NCBI GenBank assembly: GCA_963729605.1
Contig: CAVSNY010000007.1
Location: forward strand, 960,001-1,024,000
Direction of reading: 5' to 3'
DNA: 64,000 nucleotides
DNA from: an uncultured Gammaproteobacteria bacterium
Lineage (GTDB): Bacteria; Pseudomonadota; Gammaproteobacteria; DRLM01
Positions 39,144-48,428 of this stretch are shown here, piece after piece; position 1 is the stretch's first letter, and the number at the start of each line of letters is the position of its first letter. Made by a program: the position numbers and the translations under genes. The notes under the pieces are model-generated. The model worked only from the letters and a program-made list of their open reading frames with translations, was not told the DNA's origin and did not search any database.

Positions 39144-40207
39144 CTCAAAATTTCGTCTCGAATGACGTCGAGGTAGCCGTGGCCGAATTTGAGATCCGGT
39201 TCCACGTAATTGCCTTCGGCCCATTCGTTCCAGGCCTTGAGAAACACGATGCGCTCCTCGGGTCGGTGTTTCTCGACTCGCTCCACCGCGGTGCGCAGCA
39301 GGCGGCGGAACAGTTCGGGCGTCGAGTTGTGCAGCACCAGGCCGTTCAGCCCCGAGCGCGGGGTGTTGTCCCAATTGGGCAGCACCAGCGGGTAGTCGAG
39401 GAACTCGGTCTCGTTGCTGCGCAGGAAGATCGGCAGCACCTCTTCGTAATCGTAGATCGAGAGCAGGTGCTGATTGCCCTTCATCAGCAGGTTGAGCTTG
39501 GTCTCGAAGTACTTGCGCGGGATGCGCGTGTCGCGCCGCGGCAGGGCCTGCATGGTGCAGGCGTCGAGGCCGCGCGGCCGCGGATCCCAGCGTTGCGAGC
39601 GGTGCGAGACGCCGACCAGATGCAGGCCTTTGAGGCCGGCCTTCAGCGCGCGCTCACGCCAAAAGTCGGTGACACGCACGATGTCCGGAATGTCATCCGG
39701 CTTGTAGATCACGAACAGCGGCTTGCCGTCCACCTTGATGTAGCGGTCGTCGCCGAAGGCGCGCAGCAGATATTGGAAATGGCGTTCGTGATCGTCCATA
39801 CCGGGATAGGTCTGCTCGATCAGCGTCCGATTGGCCACGCCTTGCCAGATGTTGTTCCAGCTGTGATTGGCCCAGCATAGAGAGAAGGGAAAATCGGGCT
39901 CACCCGAATCCAGCACCTCGTTGAACGGCCGTTCCAGGATGCGCCGGCCGCCGAACCAGTAGTGGTAATAACAAAAGCCGTGTACGCCGTAGTTCTTCGC
40001 GAGCTCGGCCTGCGCCGCGCGCGTCTCCGGCACGCGCAGGTCGTAAAAGCCGAGGTCGGCCGGCACATGCGGCTGGTAGTGGCCGCGGAACAGCGGCTTG
40101 GCCTTGGCGACGTTGGTCCATTCGGTGAAGCCCTTGCCCCACCATTCGTCGTTCTCGGGGGTGGGGTGGAATTGGGGCAGGTAAAAGGCGATCAGACGCG
40201 TGCTCAT
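39140..40207 (-). CDS. WbsX-family (GH99-like) glycosyltransferase
   Basis: IAFYLPQFHP.PEND.WWGKGFTEWTNV, LGFYDLR, GFCYYHYWF, CWAN, WDNTPR, AWNEWAEGNY.EPD. Confidence 0.92.
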   Translation of the reverse strand: MSTRLIAFYLPQFHPTPENDEWWGKGFTEWTNVAKAKPLFRGHYQPHVPADLGFYDLRVPETRAAQAELAKNYGVHGFCYYHYWFGGRRILERPFNEVLDSGEPDFPFSLCWANHSWNNIWQGVANRTLIEQTYPGMDDHERHFQYLLRAFGDDRYIKVDGKPLFVIYKPDDIPDIVRVTDFWRERALKAGLKGLHLVGVSHRSQRWDPRPRGLDACTMQALPRRDTRIPRKYFETKLNLLMKGNQHLLSIYDYEEVLPIFLRSNETEFLDYPLVLPNWDNTPRSGLNGLVLHNSTPELFRRLLRTAVERVEKHRPEERIVFLKAWNEWAEGNYVEPDLKFGHGYLDVIRDEILR

Positions 40208-41190
40208 GATGGTTGCCGTTTTTCGTGAAGATAGAAACAGGCCTGATCGCCGCGGCCGCTGCGGTTGAGTTCCTTCACCTGCGCGCGAAAGGCGGCGATC
40301 TGCTCCGGCGAGAAGATGGACTTCTCCGGATGCAGCTCGTAGGAGCGTTCGTCGTACAAGGTGATATCGCGCAGATATTGTTCGCTGCCCCAGAACTGGG
40401 TGGCGTCCGAATCGTACACCACGTCTTTAATTTCGAAACCGGTCTGCTCCGCGAGCAGCGCGAGGCTCTTGGGCGTGTGCAGATAAAGATGGCGCGGCGC
40501 GTCGAGCTGCACCCAGTTGACGCCGTATTTTTCCCAGGCATACGAGCCCGCGAGCGGGATGCGGATCAGGACCCGGGCGCCGGGCTTGCAGAGCGCGTGC
40601 AGGCGTTCCATCACCGCCTTGGGCTGCGGCATGTGTTCGTAAGAGTGATGCAGCGTGACGTAATCGTATTGGCCTGCATGCTCGTACACGGACCGCTTGA
40701 GCACGCGCACGCCATTGCCGTAGTCGATGTCGGCATCGATGTAGGGATCGAGCCCCGTGAGATTGGTGAAGCCTTCCTGCTGCAAGCTGAGCAGGCGGTC
40801 GCCGAGGCCGCAGCCGACGTCGAGGACGGCGGCCGAAAAATCGTCGATACCGGCGTGGCGCAGCCAGCTGATGTGTTTGGGCGGCATCTTGCGGCCGGCG
40901 AGCAGCCGTCCGAGCGGATCGCGGCCGCGGTGCAGCCAATAATGCGCGATGCGGCGGCGCAGCCGGCGCTGCCAGGGCCGGAGCGGCGTCGGCCGCATGC
41001 GCGTGCGCTCGAAATTCCAGTAGTGCGCGGGATAATAGCGGCCGAGGTCGGGCGGGATGTCCACGATCTGCACGCAGCCGCAGGCCGCGCATTCCAGATA
41101 GTCGAATTCGTCGCGCATGCCGAACATCATCTCGCGCGCGCGGTGCAGCTTGTTGCCTTGGTCATTACCGCAGATATAACAGGCGTCCAT
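40204..41190 (-). CDS. Class I SAM-dependent methyltransferase with N-terminal Zn-binding Cys motifs
   Basis: CYIC...AREMMFG...ECAACG, VLDVGCGLG, HSYEH, WVQLDAPRHL; start set at 41190. Confidence 0.88.
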   Translation of the reverse strand: MDACYICGNDQGNKLHRAREMMFGMRDEFDYLECAACGCVQIVDIPPDLGRYYPAHYWNFERTRMRPTPLRPWQRRLRRRIAHYWLHRGRDPLGRLLAGRKMPPKHISWLRHAGIDDFSAAVLDVGCGLGDRLLSLQQEGFTNLTGLDPYIDADIDYGNGVRVLKRSVYEHAGQYDYVTLHHSYEHMPQPKAVMERLHALCKPGARVLIRIPLAGSYAWEKYGVNWVQLDAPRHLYLHTPKSLALLAEQTGFEIKDVVYDSDATQFWGSEQYLRDITLYDERSYELHPEKSIFSPEQIAAFRAQVKELNRSGRGDQACFYLHEKRQPS

Positions 41191-41191
41191 G

Positions 41192-43153
41192 TCAGCCCTC
41201 CTTCCTGATGCCGGCTGTCGCGACGAGTTTACCCAACAACCAGCCCCGCGGTGGAACGATCGGTGGCGTGTCGTTCTTGCCATCCATCGTCGTCCACGTG
41301 AACGCAGGGGATGTCTTGCCCTCCCAGCGCAGCGGCCGCGCCTCTTGGCCGGAATTCACGATCACTATCTCATGACCCGCGCCGTTCCACAGCCAGGCGA
41401 CGTGTAAGCGATCATCGCCCGGACTCGGACAGGGTGCGCGTTGGGCGAGCGGCACGGCCTCCGGATTCGCGCCCAACAGGCTCGGCGGCAGGCCGAGACC
41501 CTCGTCCACCGCGGCGAGCATGGCGCGGGCCAGCGCCGCGCGGTGTTCGCCGGCGGGCGCCGCCGCGCAGCGGTGGTAATAGGCCTCCACGAGGAAGGCG
41601 ATGGCATGGTCGTGTTTGGTGCCGGACCAGGTCTGCATGAGGTCCAGCCGGTCGATCGCGGCGGTGGCCTCGCGGATGACGGCCTCGAATTCACCGTCGC
41701 CGAAGCGGCGCTGATAACGCACGAGGTCCCAGATGTTCACGGGAAGATATTGATGAGAGAGTCCCCTCAAGGTCAGCGCGCGGTCGATATAGCCGCCGGG
41801 CATCACCAGGCGCGGGTAACGCGCCTTGATGCGATGCAGGTATTTGGGGATCAGACGCTGCCAGGTGAGCCGCTTGAGTGCGCGCAGCGGCAACGGCAGG
41901 CGGGCGGCGCGCTCGGGCGGGAGCAGCGTGAGCTCGATCAGCCGGAACAGCAAACGATAGAGCGTCTCGGCGGGGCGCTGCATCACCACGGCCCGGCTGG
42001 CGCTGAGCCCCGAGCGCAGTAATTCGGCGTGACGCTCATCGCCGCTCGCCTGCTGATAACGGCTCAGCGCCAGGCTGTTGTCGAGATGGGTATTCAGCAC
42101 CAGCATATTGCTGGGCGATTTGCCGAAGGCGCGGCTGCGCACCCAGCGGAACGGAGAGAGCGCCATGGACTGTTCGGATTTTTCGAGGGTGTCGTGCAGG
42201 AACCACGTGTGTTGCGCGACCTGGTCCGTGTGTCCGGCGAGGAACGCGGCGGCGCGCTCCAGCGCACCTCGCACCGTGGTGTCCCGCGGTGTTTCTTCGA
42301 GGGCCGCGGCCAGCAGATACACGCCGCCCGCGTGCAGGCGGAGATGGCTTTCCATCGTGGTGGTCCACTCGCCGTGATACCAGCCGCCGTCGGCGCGCTG
42401 GCGCGCGATGATGGAGACGACGAGCTGCGCCTTGAACAAGGTGTAGAGGGCCTTCCGCGTCGCGTGCTCGAGGCCCGACAGAATCAGATACAACGAAAAG
42501 GCGTCGAGCTCGTCGCAGATGCGCCAGCGCCGCGGGAATGACCAGTGGCGGCTGTAGACCGAGCCGTGGACGAGGTGGGCGTAGACATCGGCGGGACGCG
42601 TATAGGCGGTGTGCGAGCCGTAGACGAAATACGGCTGCGTCTCCAGCGTGTTCAGCCGTTCCAGGGACGTGGCCAGTTCGGCGGCGGCATCGGCCGGGAA
42701 TCGCCAGATGACCCAATCCAGCGTGTGGCCGGGCTGCGCGTGCAGCGTCAACGCCAGGCGCTCGGGCGTGGCCTGCAGCGCGATGATCTCGGCCGGTTCT
42801 TCGGCGAGTAAATGGCCGTCGTTGTCGAGACGGCGGCTGACGGGCGCGCGCGGTATCCAATACGTCGGCCGGTCGGTGGCGGCCGGCGTAAGCAGCCAGC
42901 CGCCGCCGCGGCAGGCGTCCAGCCGATACGCGCCGTTCAGGGACAGACTCAAGGCGCCGGCCTGCGCGGGGCGGTAACGGCCGAAGCAGCAGCGTGCCGC
43001 GAGGGTGTCGAAGTCGTCGCGGATGATCTCCAGCGTGTCGCCGTCCCGGTAACGCCGTCTCACCAGGGCATCGGTGGCGACCAGGCGTTCACCCGGGTCC
43101 GCCGGTCGGGAAAACCAGTCGTCGAGATCGAGGGCAAGATCGTTGTGGGTCAT
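41192..43153 (-). CDS. Uncharacterised ~650-aa protein with (alpha/alpha)-barrel-like C-terminal half; candidate D-glucuronyl C5-epimerase-like
   Basis: Clean ORF in the operon between flippase and methyltransferase. QRADGGWYHG; PSNMLVLNTHLDNSLALSRYQQASGD...LLRSGL. CDS call is confident, function is speculative. Confidence 0.6.
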   Translation of the reverse strand: MTHNDLALDLDDWFSRPADPGERLVATDALVRRRYRDGDTLEIIRDDFDTLAARCCFGRYRPAQAGALSLSLNGAYRLDACRGGGWLLTPAATDRPTYWIPRAPVSRRLDNDGHLLAEEPAEIIALQATPERLALTLHAQPGHTLDWVIWRFPADAAAELATSLERLNTLETQPYFVYGSHTAYTRPADVYAHLVHGSVYSRHWSFPRRWRICDELDAFSLYLILSGLEHATRKALYTLFKAQLVVSIIARQRADGGWYHGEWTTTMESHLRLHAGGVYLLAAALEETPRDTTVRGALERAAAFLAGHTDQVAQHTWFLHDTLEKSEQSMALSPFRWVRSRAFGKSPSNMLVLNTHLDNSLALSRYQQASGDERHAELLRSGLSASRAVVMQRPAETLYRLLFRLIELTLLPPERAARLPLPLRALKRLTWQRLIPKYLHRIKARYPRLVMPGGYIDRALTLRGLSHQYLPVNIWDLVRYQRRFGDGEFEAVIREATAAIDRLDLMQTWSGTKHDHAIAFLVEAYYHRCAAAPAGEHRAALARAMLAAVDEGLGLPPSLLGANPEAVPLAQRAPCPSPGDDRLHVAWLWNGAGHEIVIVNSGQEARPLRWEGKTSPAFTWTTMDGKNDTPPIVPPRGWLLGKLVATAGIRKEG

Positions 43154-43161
43154 GGTGCGGC

Positions 43162-44622
43162 TCAATTCGCAAGTCGGAGTAGTTTGCGCCAGCGCGCGGT
43201 TTCGGCGGCGAGCGCGGGCAGCGGCAAAAACAGAAAGGCCGCCGCGTACACCACGGCGCCCGTGCCGCCGACGATCAGGAGATACCAACCCGGCTGCGCC
43301 TGCGCCATGCCGTCCGGCAACAGGAAATGGCTGCCCAGCACGGTCATGACCAGCAGTGCATTGAGTGCGAGGCCCGGCGCCAGCGCGGCGCCCAGTTCGC
43401 TGAGCCGGCTGCGAAAACAGCGGGTCGCGAGAAAATACATGTGCGTGGTGGCGTAGAGCTGGCTCATGACGATGGCCCAGGCCACGCCTTCGAGGCCCCA
43501 GCGCAGGCCGATCAAACAGCCCGCGATGACCAGGCCCAGGGTGATCAATTGCACGACGAGTTCGCGGCCCAAGCGGTTACACGCGGCAAGGACCGCGCCG
43601 CAGGGGTGGCCGACGCAATAAAGCAGCCCCGCGACCGCGAGGATCTCGAGCGGCGGGCCCGCCGCGGCCCACTTTTCGCCATAGACGAAGACGATGAAGG
43701 GTTCGGCGCACCACCACAGGCCGACGTAAAGCGGCAAGGTGTAGACGGTCAGCAGCATGACGGTGCGAAAGAAGAGATATTTGATCTTGTCCGGATTGTC
43801 CTGCTCGCTGGCCATGGCGCGGAAGACTGGCTGATAGACGGCGCTGCTGACCGTGGAGAACGGCATCTTGCCGAGGCTGTCCGCCTTGTTGAACAGGCCG
43901 ACCGCGTGCGCGCCCGTCAGCCGGCTGATGATGACGTTGCTGCTCTGCGCGCGCAGGTAGCTCACGAGGTCATTGGCCGACACCTTCGCCCCGTAACCGC
44001 CGACGCGCCTGGCGGTCGCGGTGTCGAAGCGAAATCGCGGGCGCAGCGGTGTGAGCCGGCGCAGGAGGATCAAATTGAGGAAGGCGCCGGCGAGGCCGCC
44101 GAACACCAGGCTCCACACCCCGAAGCCGGCCCAGGCCAGGATGACGCTGGTCAGTCCCGTAAAGGACGTGCTCACGATGGCGACGATGGTGCGTTCGCGG
44201 AAACGCATCTCGCGATGCAGCCAGGAGTTGTGGATGGTGATCAGCGGGCGCAGCAGAAAGTAAAGCGCGGAGGTGCGTAGTAAATCACGATACAGCTCAT
44301 CGTCGAACCAGACGGCGAAATACGGGGCGATCACATAGAACAAGGCGTAGAGCGCACTACCGACCGTGAGCTGCATCGTGAAGACGACGTGAAAGTCGCG
44401 TTCGCTGGCGTCCTTGGCGCGGACCAGGGCCTGGCCCATGCCGCCGCCGGTGAGCAGGCTGGCCACACCCGTGAAGGCCTGGATCGTGACGATCATGCCG
44501 AAATCGGCGGGGACGAGCAGGCGCGCGAGGATGATGCCGACGATGAATTGCAACACCTGATTGCCGGCGCTGCCGGCCACCAGCCATTTGGCGCCGCGGC
44601 GTATGGATTCACCTAAATTCAT
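43162..44622 (-). CDS. wzx: Wzx-family polysaccharide flippase (WzxC-like)
   Basis: About 12-14 TM helices; IILARLLVPADFG, GFGVWSLVFG, AVGLFNKA, VYGEKW. Confidence 0.9.
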   Translation of the reverse strand: MNLGESIRRGAKWLVAGSAGNQVLQFIVGIILARLLVPADFGMIVTIQAFTGVASLLTGGGMGQALVRAKDASERDFHVVFTMQLTVGSALYALFYVIAPYFAVWFDDELYRDLLRTSALYFLLRPLITIHNSWLHREMRFRERTIVAIVSTSFTGLTSVILAWAGFGVWSLVFGGLAGAFLNLILLRRLTPLRPRFRFDTATARRVGGYGAKVSANDLVSYLRAQSSNVIISRLTGAHAVGLFNKADSLGKMPFSTVSSAVYQPVFRAMASEQDNPDKIKYLFFRTVMLLTVYTLPLYVGLWWCAEPFIVFVYGEKWAAAGPPLEILAVAGLLYCVGHPCGAVLAACNRLGRELVVQLITLGLVIAGCLIGLRWGLEGVAWAIVMSQLYATTHMYFLATRCFRSRLSELGAALAPGLALNALLVMTVLGSHFLLPDGMAQAQPGWYLLIVGGTGAVVYAAAFLFLPLPALAAETARWRKLLRLAN

Positions 44623-44817
44623 TTTTTGGGGCGGGTATGCTTGATGTTTATTCGGCTTGTATGCAGAGGCGCCCCGCGATCCGCGATCTTTAACTCAGAC
44701 CCCGCCGCGAGCCGCGGAAGTATAACAGAGGGGTGCTTGCAGAGTCTTGCAACTCGACGCGTTCGGCGCGCGCCGCTCATCATCATGCGGGTCGCCGCAC
44801 AAGGATGTAACCCGTCC

Positions 44818-47800
44818 TCACGCATCGGGGCGCCGGGGCGCATGCCCCGCGAACCCGAGCGGGTTTGCGGGGTGCGTGCGTACGGTTTTTCCATGGGAAA
44901 TTTCCTCGATGTATATGCCGCCCTCGGCGGGATCCAACCACCAGCGGAGGGTGCGGCGAGGCCCCGCCACTTCCACGCCCAGCCGGGAGCCGTTTTCCAG
45001 CAGCCGGGTGCGGTGAGGCGCCTGTTCCCCCACGAAAGTCGGTAGCAGCACGACCAGGAAACTATCTTCCGCGCGGGGTGTGGCCGGCATGATCTCCACC
45101 CGCCAGGCGCCCGGCTCGGCATTTTTACGCCGACCGAGCTTTTTAGCGACACCTTCGCCGTAATTATTACCGTCCACCCAAAATTCCTGGCCCGCGCCGC
45201 CTACCGTGGCGATCAACGGGTCTTTGGGGAGCAGTACGCGGGCGTCGAGTTGCCCCGCGGCACGCCCCGGCGGCTTGGTGACGGGCGGAGGAACGATGAA
45301 GCCGCCGTCGCGGAGCACGGGTTTTTCCAGGGTATGCAACAGCCAGCGTTTGGGGAATCCGGGTTCCGTGGCGATGACGCGATCGAAGATCACAACGACG
45401 TCGTCCACCTGATCGTAGCCGAAGGTGCGCGTGTATTTTTCGACCCGCCGCGTGCGATGGGAAAAAGTGTCTTGGCCGGACAGTTCGTTGGTGTAGGCCG
45501 GGGTGAGGTCGGCCGCCGCCACGGTGAGGCCGTCCTGATCCAGCAGGAGTTGCTCGATTTTGCCGGTGTGGTAAATCTCCCGCTTACTCTCCCATTCCGC
45601 CAAATCCAGTGGACCCGCTTCCACGCCCCAGCCCGAGCCGATGCGGCGCTGGCCGCCGTCGTTGGCGAGGGGGCGCGGTTCTTTGTCGCCGCGCGCCGGC
45701 ATGGGGACGGTGTCCTCCGGGTCGGTGACGGTCACCACGTTGTGGGCGATGGTCTGGTACGCGTAATTCAGGTGGTGGTCGGTGCCGTAGCCGGCGCCGT
45801 AGAAGCCGCTGTCGATGGCCAGCGCGCCGCCTTTGTAAATGGTGAAGGCGCCTTGGTCCAGGTGCACGTGCGACCAGTAATTGTCGCCCGCCTTGAAGGT
45901 GACGTACGTGGAATCCTTGTCCCAGCCCTTGCGGGCGACGATCAATCCCAGACCGTCGAAGTGCTTGGTCAACGGCAAGCGTTGGGCGGCCTGCGGATCG
46001 TATAAGCCGGGGTCGGTGAGCGGACCCCACGGCCAACTAGTGGGGGTGGGCGCCGCGGGCGGGCGGCGCAGGCTGTACGCGGCCGGGTGTCGGTATTCCA
46101 GCGCCAGCGCCGCTTGATCGGGCACGATGCGGTCGAAGAAGCTGGCGTCGCCCCAGCGGAAATGGGTGCCGTCGGGGCGGGTGCGGTACACGAGAAAATC
46201 GAGAAAGCCGCGGAGGCCCGGTTCGGTTTTGAATAAATCCTCGCCGGTGGCGTGGCGCCACATGGCGGGCACCTGATAAATCGCTTGGCCGATGCCGATG
46301 CCGACATATTCGCCGCCTTCGTGCCAGCCGCCGTTTTGACCCATGATCTGCCGCCACACCGGCAGCACGCGGTTCTTCCACAAGTCCTGGGTGAAGGCCA
46401 TGATCGCGTCGGCGCGCGGGTCGTCGCCGTAGGCGGCGATGGCGCAGGCCATCAGCGCCTGGAAGGGGCTGTTGTAGAGGATCACGTTGTAGGGCGAGAG
46501 CCGTTCCTTGCGGATGTAGCGGATTTGATAGTCGCAACCGTCGAGCAGCTTGGCGCGCAATTGGCTGCGTTGTGGTTCGCTCCAGGCGTCGTACAGCCAG
46601 TCGTAGGCCATGGCCAGGGGTTTGACTTGCAGATGGCCGCGCCACTGGAAATCCAAGACCAGCAGGCGCTGATGCAGCAGGTCCAGATCCTGGCTGCCGG
46701 GGTCCAGCACGGCCATCAATACCACGGCCTCCAGATCGCCCTTGCCGCCGGCCGCCCGGCGGCTTTGCACCCGCATGAACTGGGGATTTTCATCACGCAG
46801 CCGGACGATCTCCGCGGCGCTGGGCGCCGGCAGGCGCGGGTGAGTGAAACGAAAGTTGGTCAGAGCGACCGGCATCAGCGTCTCCGGCGCCGGGAGTTGC
46901 GCCAGACGGCTTTCGTCGAGGGGCCGTTCCAGAGGCGCGGAAATGATTATCGAGGCGACAGCGATCAGCGCCAACGCGACGCCCCCCGCCGCCGTGGCCA
47001 GCGAGAGTTGGTGGCGGCGGGGAGGGCGCGACGGCGGAGGGGGAATGTCGCCGGCGTGGCGCGCCAGCCATGCCCAGCACGCGGCCCACGCGAGCAGGCC
47101 CAGCACGGCGTCGGTGATGTCCGGATAGCGGCCGGGTAGCCGCTGCTGCAACCATTCCAGGCCCAAGGCGTAAATGAACAACAGACCGCCTCCCAGCCAG
47201 GCCGCGCGCCGCGTCGAGGCCGGACGCGCCAGGGCGGCCAGCCAGGCCAGCGCCGCGTAAGGCCAGATGGCGGCGATGATGTCCGGTAAACCGGACAAGG
47301 TCTGCATCTGGCCCTTGAAGGGGATCCAATTGATCAGCAGCAGCGGGCCGTGGGGGTCGCTGACCCGCAAATTGTCCAGGCTGTGGGCAAACAGCAGAAG
47401 CAGGGCGGCCAGCCACGGCAGGACGCGCGGCGGTCTGTTGCGCAGCGCGGCCCACAACAACAGACCCGCCCCGGCGCCGGCGATGGCCTCCAACGACAAC
47501 TGCCGACCCACGATCGGCACCTTCAATACCAGCACCGCCGCGATGAAGAGGACGAACAGTTTGGTCGTGTTCAGGCGCGGCTGCGCCACCGCGGTGAACA
47601 CCAGACCCAAGCTTGCGACATGGAGGGCATAGACCGCGCCTTGGGCGAGCGAAAAAGGCACGGCACCGGTGAGGGTCCGCGCCAGCGGGCTGAGTCCCTG
47701 ACGCAGGTTGCCCAAATCCAGCGAGGGTACCCAGGGGCTGAGTTGGGCCAGCGCCCAGAGGCCCAGCGTGATGAGGCCCAGATCAGCGATGGGACCGGGC

Positions 47801-48291
47801 AGAAACCAGCGCTGGCGCAATCGGTGCAAACGGCTGCCGCGAAACTGCTGGGCATTGAAATAACCCGCCAGCACGGCGCCTAGGAAGGTACCGGTACCGT
47901 TGAGCGCGGTATCGAGCGGGGATGACACTCTCTGCGGGAGATAACTTTGCAAATATTCCAGACCGAGGCTGAGCGAGGTTCCGCATAACGTGGCGAGCGC
48001 GAGCGTGGCGCCGCCGCCGAATCGACCTCGCCACCACAGCGCCAGCAATAAGCCGAGGGGCACATAAACCATCAGGTTGGTAACGACGTCACCGCGCGAG
48101 ACATGGGCCGGCCAGTTCAAAGAGATGAAGGTGTGGAGATTGCCGCGTTGCCAGTCCCAGCCGCTCAAGGGAAACAAAGTCCCATAGATGAGCAGTAATA
48201 AATAGGCGCAGCTCAGTTTCCAATACAGAGGTCCGCGGGAGTCGGCACGAGCATGCGATGGCGGGGAGTATTGAGTCACGGTCTCGCTCAT
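44818..48291 (-). CDS. VanZ-like multi-TM domain fused to heparinase II/III-like polysaccharide lyase domain
   Basis: N-terminal ~450 aa with two VanZ-like repeats (DVVTNLMVYVPLG...LEYLQSYLPQRVSSPLD; LEWLQQRLPGRYPDITD). C-terminal ~700 aa with GGWHEGGEY, HVHLDQGAFTIYKGGALAIDSG, YQTIAHN, ANDGGQR, FDRV...KRWLLHT, GAWRVEI. Start set at 48291. Confidence 0.8.
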   Translation of the reverse strand: MSETVTQYSPPSHARADSRGPLYWKLSCAYLLLLIYGTLFPLSGWDWQRGNLHTFISLNWPAHVSRGDVVTNLMVYVPLGLLLALWWRGRFGGGATLALATLCGTSLSLGLEYLQSYLPQRVSSPLDTALNGTGTFLGAVLAGYFNAQQFRGSRLHRLRQRWFLPGPIADLGLITLGLWALAQLSPWVPSLDLGNLRQGLSPLARTLTGAVPFSLAQGAVYALHVASLGLVFTAVAQPRLNTTKLFVLFIAAVLVLKVPIVGRQLSLEAIAGAGAGLLLWAALRNRPPRVLPWLAALLLLFAHSLDNLRVSDPHGPLLLINWIPFKGQMQTLSGLPDIIAAIWPYAALAWLAALARPASTRRAAWLGGGLLFIYALGLEWLQQRLPGRYPDITDAVLGLLAWAACWAWLARHAGDIPPPPSRPPRRHQLSLATAAGGVALALIAVASIIISAPLERPLDESRLAQLPAPETLMPVALTNFRFTHPRLPAPSAAEIVRLRDENPQFMRVQSRRAAGGKGDLEAVVLMAVLDPGSQDLDLLHQRLLVLDFQWRGHLQVKPLAMAYDWLYDAWSEPQRSQLRAKLLDGCDYQIRYIRKERLSPYNVILYNSPFQALMACAIAAYGDDPRADAIMAFTQDLWKNRVLPVWRQIMGQNGGWHEGGEYVGIGIGQAIYQVPAMWRHATGEDLFKTEPGLRGFLDFLVYRTRPDGTHFRWGDASFFDRIVPDQAALALEYRHPAAYSLRRPPAAPTPTSWPWGPLTDPGLYDPQAAQRLPLTKHFDGLGLIVARKGWDKDSTYVTFKAGDNYWSHVHLDQGAFTIYKGGALAIDSGFYGAGYGTDHHLNYAYQTIAHNVVTVTDPEDTVPMPARGDKEPRPLANDGGQRRIGSGWGVEAGPLDLAEWESKREIYHTGKIEQLLLDQDGLTVAAADLTPAYTNELSGQDTFSHRTRRVEKYTRTFGYDQVDDVVVIFDRVIATEPGFPKRWLLHTLEKPVLRDGGFIVPPPVTKPPGRAAGQLDARVLLPKDPLIATVGGAGQEFWVDGNNYGEGVAKKLGRRKNAEPGAWRVEIMPATPRAEDSFLVVLLPTFVGEQAPHRTRLLENGSRLGVEVAGPRRTLRWWLDPAEGGIYIEEISHGKTVRTHPANPLGFAGHAPRRPDA

Positions 48292-48428
48292 GGGCCGGAT
48301 GTCCCGGACAAGGCTGCTGTCCGCTCCATTCCCCATCCCCTGACGGCGCGAGAGTTTCGAGGATGATTGCGGTATGTGGCGGTGAGGGTCATTATTCCGG
48401 ATGAAATTGTATCAGAGGTGTTTTTGCG

